A DNA stretch of 28,632 bases from a virus (Duplodnaviria; Caudoviricetes). The stretch lies in IMG/VR virus record IMGVR_UViG_3300006118_000033, positions 1-28,632 of that record, one strand, 5' to 3'. Below are positions 1 through 9,773 of this stretch, piece by piece (positions within the stretch are counted from its first letter, which is position 1; the number at the start of each line of letters is the position of its first letter). The notes below the pieces were generated by a model. That model worked only from the letters and a program-made list of their open reading frames with translations, was not told the DNA's origin and ran no database searches. Both the position numbers and the translations under genes were made by a program.

Positions 1-27
1 ATGTGGAAGAACGCTGCTAAGAAATAA
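1..27 (+). CDS. 3' end of an upstream gene (partial)
   Basis: Frame 1 reads ...MWKNAAKK-stop immediately before an intrinsic terminator; product unknown. Confidence 0.4.
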   Translation: MWKNAAKK

Positions 28-42
28 GCTAAATGCTTTACC

Positions 43-70
43 AAATAGGCCCTTCGGGGCCTATTTTTTT
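43..70 (+). terminator. Rho-independent terminator with cUUCGg tetraloop
   Basis: AAATAGGCCC-TTCG-GGGCCTATTT perfect 10-bp stem running into a T tract; UUCG loops are typical of T4-like phage terminators. Confidence 0.9.
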
Positions 71-73
71 GAG

Positions 74-79
74 TAAATA
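74..79 (+). promoter_or_regulatory. T4-type late promoter core (TAAATA)
   Basis: TAAATA 5 nt before the terminase ATG, no Shine-Dalgarno; the motif recurs before many genes in the window. Confidence 0.65.
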
Positions 80-84
80 ATATT

Positions 85-1674
85 ATGGGTAGCAAAAATC
101 TCGATGGGGTCTTGATTAAAAAGGCCAACCAAAAACAAAAATGGTCTGAAGAAGATATTCAGCACATGCTGTTATGTAGCGACCCTGATACCGGTCCTCA
201 ATACTTTCTTAATAACTTTTTTTATATACAACACCCTACTCAAGGCAGTTTGAGATATCAAGCCTACCATTATCAAACCGAACTATTAAGCAGTTATCAT
301 TCTCATCGTTTTAGTGTTAATATGCTAGGGCGACAGATGGGGAAAACAACTACAGCGGTAGGTTATTTACTATGGTACGCAATGTTTGTACCTAGTAGCA
401 CTATATTAATTGCAGCACATAAGTACACAGGTGCACAAGAAATTATGCAGCGTTTACGCTATGCTTATGAAATGTGCCCAGATAATATACGTGCGGGTGT
501 TACTAGTTACAATAAACAAAGTATAGAATTTGAAAACGGCTCGCGTATTGTAGCTCAAACAACTACAGAAACAACCGGTCGTGGTATGTCTGTATCCTTA
601 CTATACTGCGACGAATTTGCTTACGTAGAACCAAATATTGCTGTTGAGTTCTGGACTTCCATAAGTCCCACTCTAGCAACTGGTGGTAAAGCTATTATTA
701 CTAGTACCCCTAATAGTGATGAAGATCAGTTTGCACAAATCTGGAACGAAGCAAATAAGCGTTTTAATGAATATGGCGATGAAACTGAATTAGGCCGCAA
801 TGGGTTTTATCCTTATATGTCTATTTGGAGTCAGCATCCGGATCGTGATGAAGTATGGGCAAACACAGAACGTAGTCGTGTTGGTGTAGAGCGATTCGAG
901 CGTGAGCACGAATGTAAATTCTTAATTTTTGACGAAACATTAGTTAACAGTATTAGCTTATCCGATTTAGAGGGTCGAGATCCTGTAATGAAGATGGGGC
1001 AAGCTCGATGGTATAAAAAAATTAATCCTAATAATACCTATATTTTTAGTTTAGATCCTAGTTTAGGAACCGGTGGAGATTACGCTGCGATACAGGTAAT
1101 AGAAGTTCCCACTATGGAACAGGTAGCAGAATGGCATCATAATATGACTCCAATACAGAATCAAATTCGTATTTTAAGAGACATGATAAAATATGTAGAT
1201 AATGAATGCTCAAAGGCCGGAGTGACTAGCAGCATTTATTATTCGATAGAAAATAATGCTGTAGGAGAGGCAGGATTAGTTTCTATTTCTGAATTAGGAG
1301 AAGATTCATTTCCGGGATTATTTCTCAGTGAGCCGATTAAAAAAGGGCATGTTCGACGTTTCCGAAAAGGATTTAATACTACACATTCGGCTAAAATTAG
1401 TGCTTGTGCTAAATTAAAACAATTAATCGAAAGCCGACAGATTAAACTTTATAGCAAAGTACTAATTAGTGAACTTAAAACATTTGTCGCCTCTGGAATA
1501 ACCTTTAAAGCTAAAACAGGGCAACACGACGATCTTGTTTCAAGTTTACTTTTATCAATAAGAATGGTATTACTTTTACAAGACTGGGACCCATCTATCT
1601 ACGAAAAAATGAGAGATAATACGGGATTAGAAGAATACGATTTACCGATGCCCATTTATATAAGTTCATATTAA
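85..1674 (+). CDS. terL: Terminase large subunit (T4 gp17-like)
   Basis: Walker A GRQMGKT, Walker B LLYCDEFA, coupling motif ITSTPN, RNase H-like nuclease acidic motifs SLDPSLG and HDDLVSS. Confidence 0.95.
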   Translation: MGSKNLDGVLIKKANQKQKWSEEDIQHMLLCSDPDTGPQYFLNNFFYIQHPTQGSLRYQAYHYQTELLSSYHSHRFSVNMLGRQMGKTTTAVGYLLWYAMFVPSSTILIAAHKYTGAQEIMQRLRYAYEMCPDNIRAGVTSYNKQSIEFENGSRIVAQTTTETTGRGMSVSLLYCDEFAYVEPNIAVEFWTSISPTLATGGKAIITSTPNSDEDQFAQIWNEANKRFNEYGDETELGRNGFYPYMSIWSQHPDRDEVWANTERSRVGVERFEREHECKFLIFDETLVNSISLSDLEGRDPVMKMGQARWYKKINPNNTYIFSLDPSLGTGGDYAAIQVIEVPTMEQVAEWHHNMTPIQNQIRILRDMIKYVDNECSKAGVTSSIYYSIENNAVGEAGLVSISELGEDSFPGLFLSEPIKKGHVRRFRKGFNTTHSAKISACAKLKQLIESRQIKLYSKVLISELKTFVASGITFKAKTGQHDDLVSSLLLSIRMVLLLQDWDPSIYEKMRDNTGLEEYDLPMPIYISSY

Positions 1675-1677
1675 GCA

Positions 1678-1683
1678 TAAATA
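1678..1683 (+). promoter_or_regulatory. Late promoter core (TAAATA)
   Basis: CATAAATA 7 nt before ATG 1691. Confidence 0.6.
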
Positions 1684-1690
1684 CAATACT

Positions 1691-3475
1691 ATGGAAGCAA
1701 TAGAATTAATTTCTCAAGATTTATTTGACAAAGTTCGTAGTCGTTTTTCTAATTTAGAAATGGGCGACGAAGATGGAAGTGTTACGATTGATCCTCGAGA
1801 TGCTAGATTTTTTGATTTTGATTTTGTCTATGAAGGTCATAATTTAGGCCGAGTAAGTATTAGCATCAATGAAAGAGGCTCCTTAAAAATATTTTATACT
1901 CAAGGAATATTAGAAGGACATCATCCTGAGATTCATCAAGTATGGTTTAGATTTTTAAGAGAAATGAGAAATTTTTCTAAGCAACGATTATTACGTTTCG
2001 ATACTAGAGATATTACAAAAAGAAACTTAGATAAAAATGACTTCAGATATCTTGCATCAACTGGAACTAAGGAAGAAGTTATGGCAGAAAATAGAATGTA
2101 TGGATCTTTAAAGAGTAGTTACTTAACTCTCGAAAAAGCAAAATTAATTGTTAGACATATTGGTCCTATTGACATGAATCAAATTGGTGCACGTTCTCGT
2201 AAAGGTAATATCAAAGCATTATTCATCGAAAATGCCGACGGAGAAAGATTTAAATATCCATTTATACATCTAGCAGGAGCGAAAGCTATGTTAAGACACG
2301 TAGCTAATGGTGGGCGCCCTCATGATATTCTTGGACAAGCAATCATCAAGCTTAGTGAAGAAATTGCTCAATTGACTGCATTAGCAAGACATACTAGAAA
2401 CTTGCATGACAGCATGCAATCAGGGGTCAACGAAATTGTAAATAAAACTAGTACTAGATTAGAAAATCTCAGAGAATTAATGAATAATTTATCTGTGCAA
2501 CGTCATTATGAAACATGGAAAAGTAGCTATCAACCAGATGATAGCGATATCATTTTAGATCAAACTACATTAGAAGATTACAAAAGTAAATTTACAGTCA
2601 CCTCTTTCAGCGAAGATCTTACACAATTCTTTCCTTTAATTCATAAGATAATGCAGGAAACTAATACAATTGAATTAAATGATTATGTAGAGGGAAATAA
2701 AGAAGATAATTGCGATGAATGTAATATGCCGGAAAGTAAGTGTTCGTGCGAAAAGCAAAAAGAAGTTAAAGAATTTTCTGAATTTAATGAATGGGCTTCT
2801 AAAATAGTCGAAGGAGAGTTGACCGATGATCTATTACAGTCTTTACAAAAAATAGTTAAAGATGATTTAGAGGTCGGTGATGGCGGAGCTATAGGAATTA
2901 AAACTGTACAAGGAATCGGTATTTTTGATAATGATTTAGAACAGATAATCAAAGATAGTAGCCCGAACGGAAAATTAAATACCGCAATTACCATATGGTT
3001 AAACAGAAAAGGGGACTATCACGCACTTCGTGATTTAGACATGGACTCGTCTACTACTGGTACATCCATGCCGAAGCCAGAAACACCTGCTGCGGAGCCT
3101 ACACCGCCCGAAACAGGTACTACACCTCCGGAAGAAACACCACCTCCTGAAGCAGGTGCTGCACCACCTGAAGAAACTCCGCCACCGGCCGAGGATGACG
3201 AAACTGATAAAAAGAATACTCCCAAGCTTAAAGGATCTCCAAAATATCTAGTTCGACAACTAGTCGACGGGTTCTTTGATAAAAGAAAAGGAACTTGGAC
3301 GTTAGGTAGACCTAATATTGTTACAAAATCTGTGAAAGAGTATGGCGAAGAAATGCGAGAATATACAGTAAAATATATTAAACATCTTTCAAAAAAATCA
3401 AAAAAACTAAAACATAAAGATGTAGATACTCAAACATTCGAAGATATTTTAAGATTATCCGGTTTGAAAAAATAA
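1691..3475 (+). CDS. Hypothetical phage protein, possibly head/prohead-associated, with Pro/Glu/Thr-rich linker
   Basis: 594-aa ORF after a late promoter next to terminase; acidic middle, PPEETPPP repeats, C-terminal DILRLSGLKK. Function is inferred from context only. Confidence 0.75.
   Translation: MEAIELISQDLFDKVRSRFSNLEMGDEDGSVTIDPRDARFFDFDFVYEGHNLGRVSISINERGSLKIFYTQGILEGHHPEIHQVWFRFLREMRNFSKQRLLRFDTRDITKRNLDKNDFRYLASTGTKEEVMAENRMYGSLKSSYLTLEKAKLIVRHIGPIDMNQIGARSRKGNIKALFIENADGERFKYPFIHLAGAKAMLRHVANGGRPHDILGQAIIKLSEEIAQLTALARHTRNLHDSMQSGVNEIVNKTSTRLENLRELMNNLSVQRHYETWKSSYQPDDSDIILDQTTLEDYKSKFTVTSFSEDLTQFFPLIHKIMQETNTIELNDYVEGNKEDNCDECNMPESKCSCEKQKEVKEFSEFNEWASKIVEGELTDDLLQSLQKIVKDDLEVGDGGAIGIKTVQGIGIFDNDLEQIIKDSSPNGKLNTAITIWLNRKGDYHALRDLDMDSSTTGTSMPKPETPAAEPTPPETGTTPPEETPPPEAGAAPPEETPPPAEDDETDKKNTPKLKGSPKYLVRQLVDGFFDKRKGTWTLGRPNIVTKSVKEYGEEMREYTVKYIKHLSKKSKKLKHKDVDTQTFEDILRLSGLKK
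3070..3190 (+). repeat. Degenerate coding repeat encoding PETP/PPEETPPP
   Basis: PKPETPAAEPTPPETGTTPPEETPPPEAGAAPPEETPPP; locally GC-rich. Confidence 0.6.
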
Positions 3476-3487
3476 CTTAACAAACTC

Positions 3488-3516
3488 TTGCAATTATAAA
3501 TAGAAGTGTGTATATT
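3488..3516 (+). promoter_or_regulatory. sigma70 promoter (TTGCAA-17-TATATT) with nested late promoter TATAAATA (3495-3502)
   Basis: Both motifs read directly upstream of the SSB gene; SD AGGAG lies before ATG 3598. Confidence 0.65.
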
Positions 3517-3560
3517 AACTTATACACACTTTTTCTTTTTAAGTAGTGGCTTAAGAAGAA
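3504..3560 (+). promoter_or_regulatory. Two tandem 11-bp hairpins in the SSB leader (first may act as terminator)
   Basis: AAGTGTGTATA/TATACACACTT (3504-3531) followed by a T tract; TTCTTTTTAAG/CTTAAGAAGAA (3533-3560, one G-U pair). Confidence 0.6.
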
Positions 3561-3597
3561 GTGGCACATAATACATATATTAAAAAGGAGAAACATT

Positions 3598-4650
3598 ATG
3601 GCAACGTTGGCAGAAATTCGGGCAAAACTAATGGCAGAAAGTCAGAAACAAGGTGGAGGATCCCGCACATCTGGCGGGGACAATGCAATCTTCCCGCATT
3701 GGAGATCACCAGATAACACTACAACAGTAATACGTTTCTTGCCAGATGCTGATACCAGCAACATTTATTTTTGGAGAGAGCGAGCTGTTATTAAGATGCC
3801 ATTCTCGGGTATCTTAGGAGATACAGCAAGCAAGCCAGTAACCGTAGAAGTTCCATGTATGGAAATGTATGGTGAGAAGGAAGTTTGCCCTATGTTGCAA
3901 GAAGCACGCGGGTTTTATAAACTTCAAAAGATTGAAGAAGCAAAAGGTAATCTAGAAGCGGCTAAAGAATACAAAAATCTTGGAAGTCGTTATTGGAAGA
4001 AGCGTAGTTATTTAATGCAAGGATTTGTAGTTGAAACTAAGCTAGTCGAAGAACGTGTTCCGGAAAATCCAATTCGTCGTTTCGTTATTAGTCCTCAAAT
4101 TTTTCCGTTGATTCCTAAAGCATTAATGGACCCGGAGATTCCTCACTTGGTTACTGATAATGTAAACGGGCTTGATTTTAAGATCGTTAAAACAACTAAG
4201 CCAGGCGGCGAATTTGCAGATTATAATACTAGCGGTTGGGCACGCCGTGAACGTGCGCTCAGCGAGGCTGACATAGCCGCAATTAATCAATACGGGCTAT
4301 ATGATCTTAAATCATTCTTGCCTCGACGTCCGAATGAGGTTGAGTTAAAGGTTGCTATGGAAATGCTCGAAGCATCGATTGCCGGTGAAGCTTTTGATAT
4401 GACACGTTGGGGTGATTACTTCAAGCCTCGTGAATCTAAGTTCGGCAATAAAGGTGATGAGGAATATGATGTAGGTACTCCTGTTGTTTCCTCTGCACCA
4501 AAAGCAACTCCTGTTATTGAAACCGTTTCAGAACCAGAAATCAACAAGGAAATGGCTGCTGCGATTATTGCAACTGCTCCTCCTAACGGAGATGCTGCTA
4601 CTCGCGCACAAGATATTCTTGCAAAGATTCGTAATCGACAAGCACAATAA
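3598..4650 (+). CDS. Single-stranded DNA-binding protein (T4 gp32-like)
   Basis: N-terminal MATLAEIRAKL, IRFLPD, VPCMEMY..CP, YWKKRSY, GLDFKIVKT..ADYNTSGW motifs; lies directly upstream of uvsX. Confidence 0.88.
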   Translation: MATLAEIRAKLMAESQKQGGGSRTSGGDNAIFPHWRSPDNTTTVIRFLPDADTSNIYFWRERAVIKMPFSGILGDTASKPVTVEVPCMEMYGEKEVCPMLQEARGFYKLQKIEEAKGNLEAAKEYKNLGSRYWKKRSYLMQGFVVETKLVEERVPENPIRRFVISPQIFPLIPKALMDPEIPHLVTDNVNGLDFKIVKTTKPGGEFADYNTSGWARRERALSEADIAAINQYGLYDLKSFLPRRPNEVELKVAMEMLEASIAGEAFDMTRWGDYFKPRESKFGNKGDEEYDVGTPVVSSAPKATPVIETVSEPEINKEMAAAIIATAPPNGDAATRAQDILAKIRNRQAQ

Positions 4651-4664
4651 TTTAGGAGATCAAA

Positions 4665-5729
4665 ATGGCTAAGAATTTTGATATTTCTAAATTTAGGAAG
4701 AGTATTACTAAGTCTATTCCAGGTATGGGTATCGGTTTCCGAGACCCTACCGATTGGATTTCGACTGGTAACTACGCATTGAATTATCTTATCTCGGGGG
4801 ACTTCTTTAAAGGAGTCCCTTTGGGCAAGGTCACTTGCTTTGCAGGAGAATCTGGTTCAGGAAAGAGTTATATCTGTTCCGGTAATATCATTAAACATGC
4901 ACAAGAACAGGGCATTTACGTTATTTTAATTGATAGTGAAAATGCTTTGGACGAGTCATGGTTACATAAGTTAGGCGTAGAAACTACCGAAGATAAGTTG
5001 CTTAAACTTAATATGGCTATGATTGATGATGTTGGCAAAACTATTAGTGAGTTTATGGCAGAATATAAAACAATGCCTGAAGCAGATCGAGCAAAGGTAT
5101 TGTTTGTCGTTGATAGCTTAGGATTTTTAATGACTCCAACCGAAGTCAACCAATTCGAAGCCGGTGATATGAAAGGCGATATGGGTCGTAAAGCAAAAGC
5201 ACTTAAGGCACTGGTTGCTAACTGTGTTAACATGTTTGGTGCATATAATGTAGGGTTGGTTGCTACTAATCATACCTATGCATCGCAGGATATGTTTGAT
5301 CCAGATGATAAAATTTCCGGTGGACAAGGATTTATCTTTGCTAGTTCAATCGTAGTTTCAATGAAGAAACTCAAACTTAAAGAAGATGAAGATGGTAATA
5401 AAACTTCGGACGTTTTAGGTATTCGAGCGGCGTGTAAGGTCGTAAAAACACGCTATGCTAAACCATTTGAAAGCGTACAAGTTAAAATACCGTATTCAAC
5501 AGGCATGAGTCCAACATCTGGGCTCGTTGACATGTTTGAGAAGATGGGTGTACTATTTAAAGTAGGTAATAAACTAGCTTATACAGACAGAGAAACTGGA
5601 GAAATTATTTCTGAATTCCGCAAAAATTGGACCGAAGATAAGCTAAAACTTATTATGGATCAATGGGATGAGTCGGTAATTAGAGCAGAAGAACCAGTCG
5701 AGGATGCAATGGAGGAAGACAATGGATGA
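4665..5729 (+). CDS. uvsX: RecA-like recombinase UvsX
   Basis: ISTGNYALN, Walker A GESGSGKS, IDSENA, Walker B VVDSLG, TNHTY, SGGQG. Confidence 0.93.
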   Translation: MAKNFDISKFRKSITKSIPGMGIGFRDPTDWISTGNYALNYLISGDFFKGVPLGKVTCFAGESGSGKSYICSGNIIKHAQEQGIYVILIDSENALDESWLHKLGVETTEDKLLKLNMAMIDDVGKTISEFMAEYKTMPEADRAKVLFVVDSLGFLMTPTEVNQFEAGDMKGDMGRKAKALKALVANCVNMFGAYNVGLVATNHTYASQDMFDPDDKISGGQGFIFASSIVVSMKKLKLKEDEDGNKTSDVLGIRAACKVVKTRYAKPFESVQVKIPYSTGMSPTSGLVDMFEKMGVLFKVGNKLAYTDRETGEIISEFRKNWTEDKLKLIMDQWDESVIRAEEPVEDAMEEDNG

Positions 5730-5973
5730 GAGTTTGATTATGGAAATTTGGGATACATTTAAAGAATATATTCCAGAAAAAAATAAAGATACTGCTGCAA
5801 AGCAATATGTCGATTATTTGCTTGGAAAAGAATTTCGAGCTAAAGATCTTGAAGCATATATCGGATACGATACTCATCTCGATGATGCTATTACTGAAGT
5901 AATTGAGTATAGTGACGACGAAGAAGAGGACGATTACGAAGACGATTCGTTTGAAGACGACGAGGATTTCTAA
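5722..5973 (+). CDS. Small acidic hypothetical protein
   Basis: SD GGAGG precedes ATG 5722 (the track start 5704 is probably too long); D/E-rich tail; coupled to its neighbours. Confidence 0.75.
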   Translation: MDESLIMEIWDTFKEYIPEKNKDTAAKQYVDYLLGKEFRAKDLEAYIGYDTHLDDAITEVIEYSDDEEEDDYEDDSFEDDEDF

Positions 5974-6431
5974 TGCCTCTTTGGTACGCAAAGGTGAGTA
6001 AGGATCTTGCTCACCTTCCCGCTTGCATCGATCATTTTTATAAAGAACTAGACGCTGCAAAGAAAGAAGTTAAACTACAAGGTAATGTAGAAAAAGCTGC
6101 TTCTCAACTTCCGGGAATTGTAGAACAGAGATTTAATCAGCTACAAGAAATCGAAGCTGTATTAGAATATCTGAACATCGAGCTTCGCCGAGTAAGAAGT
6201 AAGACATTTAAAAAATATCTTGAAAATTATCAACGCTCATTGAGTTCTAGAGATGTTGAAAAATATGTCGACGGCGAGGCCGATGTAGTCGACATGGAAA
6301 AGATTATTAACGAGTTTGCTCTATTAAGAAATCAATGGTTAGGGATAATTAAAGCTGTTGATCAAAAACAATGGCAAATAACTAATATTGTAAAATTAAG
6401 AGCAGCTGGACTAGAGGATGCGAGCGTATGA
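5973..6431 (+). CDS. uvsY: Recombination mediator UvsY-like
   Basis: 152-aa helical protein with LSSRDVEKYVDGE and KQWQITNIVKLRAAG motifs, located between uvsX and uvsW. Confidence 0.75.
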   Translation: MPLWYAKVSKDLAHLPACIDHFYKELDAAKKEVKLQGNVEKAASQLPGIVEQRFNQLQEIEAVLEYLNIELRRVRSKTFKKYLENYQRSLSSRDVEKYVDGEADVVDMEKIINEFALLRNQWLGIIKAVDQKQWQITNIVKLRAAGLEDASV

Positions 6432-7648
6432 TTTTATATGTCGAAGATTTAATTCATAGACTCGCCTGCAATGGAAATTATATATTTTCCAGTTTAATTA
6501 CTATGTCAACTAATGACCGTATGTTCTTTACCAGTTTATCTGAACAAATTTGCAGAACAAACCAAGGTCTTACTCGAAAACAGCAAAGTTTATCATTAAA
6601 ACTTATTAAAAAATATTCTTCACCTCTTTCTTTAGAATTTTCTACAGATATTGATTCCTATCTTCTAAATCCTCAATATAGATTAGAAGAACGAGTAATT
6701 TCTAATGATAAAGAAATTAAAATTGTCAAAGAATCAAACGGTGAATATTTCATCCATGTATTGTTTCCTTATGATAGCGAGCTTATTTCTCGTTTTAGGG
6801 ATTATAAAAATAATTCAAAATCTTTCGAATATCGCACCGCCTATTGGGATCAAGAACTACGCCTATGGAAATTTTCATTGACGGAGCATAATATTCTTTT
6901 TCTTTCAAATTTACAGGGTTTTAAAAAGGATTCTAAATTTATCGAATTTTATAAAGAAATAACTACTTTTCAAGAAAGTATGGAATATTATATACCGATG
7001 GTGGTAAAAGATGAATCAGGTAAATTTATTTTTAAAAATGTACATCAAAATATTCCAATCTGTTCATTCGATGATATGTTAGAATCTTTACTTATTGCAA
7101 AAAAATATGGAATAACTTGCTGGAGTGAAGAAATTAACAAAGAATTAGAAGATATTAATAATGATTTATTAAAATCATTTTTAAAATCCGATTATCGAAC
7201 TCAGGTTGCTTCTAGAACACGCAAGATTGAATTAAAAGAGCTAGAAAAAATTATTTGCACTTATGATAAAATACTCTTTGTAATTCCGGGAGGACAAGAA
7301 TTTAAATATCTTAACCAAAGTTATGAATTTATAAAAGAAATAGGATATAATTTTGAAAAATGCTCGGTTATGTTTAGATTAGAAAAATCTTCAGATTTGC
7401 AAAATTGCAACGAATTTATACATAGAAATTCTTTAAATAACCCATTAGATCAACAAATAAAATTTGTTTTTATCAGTGTTAAAGTTCCTAAACCTTTGTT
7501 GGAATCAGAATTAGAATTTGATTTGGTAATTAATTTTGGAGCAAATTCATCAGCACATTTTAGTTTACAACAGTTCTTGAAAACCCATCATAACGTTGTT
7601 ACAATAAACCCTTTGATCTATGGAGATAAGAATTATGTCTACGTGTAA
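6428..7648 (+). CDS. Hypothetical protein with possible HARP-like domain
   Basis: VLFPYDSELISRFR...AYWDQELRLWKF resembles HARP-type (FPY...WD...W) domains; overlaps the uvsW start. Confidence 0.7.
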   Translation: MILYVEDLIHRLACNGNYIFSSLITMSTNDRMFFTSLSEQICRTNQGLTRKQQSLSLKLIKKYSSPLSLEFSTDIDSYLLNPQYRLEERVISNDKEIKIVKESNGEYFIHVLFPYDSELISRFRDYKNNSKSFEYRTAYWDQELRLWKFSLTEHNILFLSNLQGFKKDSKFIEFYKEITTFQESMEYYIPMVVKDESGKFIFKNVHQNIPICSFDDMLESLLIAKKYGITCWSEEINKELEDINNDLLKSFLKSDYRTQVASRTRKIELKELEKIICTYDKILFVIPGGQEFKYLNQSYEFIKEIGYNFEKCSVMFRLEKSSDLQNCNEFIHRNSLNNPLDQQIKFVFISVKVPKPLLESELEFDLVINFGANSSAHFSLQQFLKTHHNVVTINPLIYGDKNYVYV

Positions 7649-9116
7649 GATTATTATTAAAGACGAAGTCAATGTAAAAATCGAAGGGTTAGATCTCGAT
7701 ACACGTAAAGACTTAGTAAAGAAATTTAAAATAGTCGATCCGACTGCTAGATTTAGGCCATCTTATCGATTAGGTCGTTGGGATGGGACTGTGAGTTTCT
7801 TCGGGATCGGCGGAACTACATATCTAAACATGTTAGATAAGATTTTAATCGAATTAGAAAATAAAAACTATTATGTTGAAGTTGAAGATTTAAGAAAAAG
7901 TCCTTCATTAGAATTTGATAAAATTACAGAAGAATTTTGGGGTGACAAGAGTTGGCCTCAAGGGCATCGCTTTGAAGGCCAACCTATTAGATTACGCGAT
8001 GATCAAGTAGAAGTTGTAAATAATTTCTTAGCAAACCCGCAAGCACTACAAGAAGTCGCAACCGGTGCTGGTAAGACAATCATGACCGCAACTTTATCAA
8101 AAATCTGCGAAAAATACGGTCGAACTATTACCATTGTTCCTAATAAAAGTCTTGTAGAACAAACAGAAGAAGATTTTATTAACGTAGGATTAGACGTCGG
8201 AGTTTACTACGGAGATAGGAAAGACATTAATAAAACCCATACAATTTGCACTTGGCAAAGTCTTAATATTTTAGATAAAAAGTCTAAAAGTTTTGAAGAA
8301 AATAATGAACTATTAACCTTAGCAGAATTCCTAGAAGGAGTAAGCACTGTTATAGTCGATGAAGTACATATGGCCAAAGCCGATGTACTTAAAAAATTGT
8401 TAACACAGAATTTAAGAAATACTCCTATACGATGGGGCCTAACTGGAACTGTACCCAAAGAAGAAATTAATTTTCAAAATATTAAGGTTAGTTTAGGTGA
8501 AGTAGTAGGTCGTGTTAGCGCACATGATTTACAGCAAAAAGGTATTCTTAGTGAATGTCATGTAAATATTATACAGACAGGAGAATGGAAGGAATTCGGA
8601 AGTTATCCTGAAGAATTAAAATATTTGGTAACTAATGAACCAAGAATAGATTTTATCAGTAAAATTATTAAAGGAATTTCAGAAAGTGGAAATACTTTAA
8701 TTTTAGTTGATAGAATCGAATGCGGGCATATGCTTAAAGAAAAGTTAGAAAAAATGACAGAATCTAACGTAGCGTTTGTATCCGGTGCGGTTAAAACCAA
8801 AGATCGTAAGGAAGAATACAATGAAGTTGCTATTAGCAATGATAAGATTATTGTGGCTACTTATGGTGTGGCCGCTGTTGGTATTAATATTCCCCGTATT
8901 TTTAATCTTGTACTGCTCGAACCCGGCAAGTCGTTTGTTCGAGTTATTCAAAGTATTGGACGAGGGATTCGAAAAGCAGAAGACAAAGATTTTGTACAAA
9001 TTTGGGATATAACTGCTGCCAGTAAATTTGCCAAAAGACATTTAACCGAAAGAAAACGGTTTTATAAAGAAGCAAAATATCCATTTACAATAGAAAAGGT
9101 TAATTATAATGAATAA
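7635..9116 (+). CDS. uvsW: SF2 DNA helicase UvsW-like
   Basis: LRDDQ Q-motif, ATGAGKT, IVDEVH, GLTGT, QSIGRGIR; SD GGAG supports start 7635. Confidence 0.92.
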   Translation: MSTCKIIIKDEVNVKIEGLDLDTRKDLVKKFKIVDPTARFRPSYRLGRWDGTVSFFGIGGTTYLNMLDKILIELENKNYYVEVEDLRKSPSLEFDKITEEFWGDKSWPQGHRFEGQPIRLRDDQVEVVNNFLANPQALQEVATGAGKTIMTATLSKICEKYGRTITIVPNKSLVEQTEEDFINVGLDVGVYYGDRKDINKTHTICTWQSLNILDKKSKSFEENNELLTLAEFLEGVSTVIVDEVHMAKADVLKKLLTQNLRNTPIRWGLTGTVPKEEINFQNIKVSLGEVVGRVSAHDLQQKGILSECHVNIIQTGEWKEFGSYPEELKYLVTNEPRIDFISKIIKGISESGNTLILVDRIECGHMLKEKLEKMTESNVAFVSGAVKTKDRKEEYNEVAISNDKIIVATYGVAAVGINIPRIFNLVLLEPGKSFVRVIQSIGRGIRKAEDKDFVQIWDITAASKFAKRHLTERKRFYKEAKYPFTIEKVNYNE

Positions 9117-9771
9117 TAAATTTTCGGTAGTTATACCGACGTTATGGAAATATCCAGCTAATTTAAGATTTTTAGAAGATCTTGTAGATTACGATCTAGT
9201 TGACGAGATTATTTTAATTAATAATAATTGGGACGATCTTCCGAAGAACTGCGCAATTTTAACTCATAATAAAATTAAAATATATAATTTTACAGAAAAT
9301 ATCGGAGTCAACCCAGCGTGGAACATGGGAATTAGCGTTGCAAATAATAAACAAATTTGTTTATTAAACGATGACATGGTATTTGATTTAAAATTGTTTA
9401 AAAAAATTAATCAACTATCATTAGAAGAAACAGGAGTGATAGGTATTTCTAATGATCCGCCTATATCGTACGGTTGCATTGATATAACTCCGTGGGTCGG
9501 GCAAAATACATTAGGATTCGGATGCTTGATGTTTGTTCACAAAGATTGGTGGGTTAATATTCCAGATTCTTTAAAAATCTACTACGGTGACAATTGGATC
9601 TTTGATACATGTTTAATTCGAGGTAGAACCAATTATGTAATCACAGATTTATTATATCATACTGATTGGGCTACCAGTACTAGACACGTACCACCTAGTA
9701 TCATTCAAGAAGAAGACCAAATTTACAAAATTGCTATTGACGAGTTTAGAAAGAATCAGTTAAACTATTAA
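9109..9771 (+). CDS. Glycosyltransferase family 2 (GT-A fold)
   Basis: FSVVIPT, EIILINN, NIGVNPAWNMG, LLNDD (DxD-like), YYGDNW. Confidence 0.85.
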   Translation: MNNKFSVVIPTLWKYPANLRFLEDLVDYDLVDEIILINNNWDDLPKNCAILTHNKIKIYNFTENIGVNPAWNMGISVANNKQICLLNDDMVFDLKLFKKINQLSLEETGVIGISNDPPISYGCIDITPWVGQNTLGFGCLMFVHKDWWVNIPDSLKIYYGDNWIFDTCLIRGRTNYVITDLLYHTDWATSTRHVPPSIIQEEDQIYKIAIDEFRKNQLNY

Positions 9772-9773
9772 CT

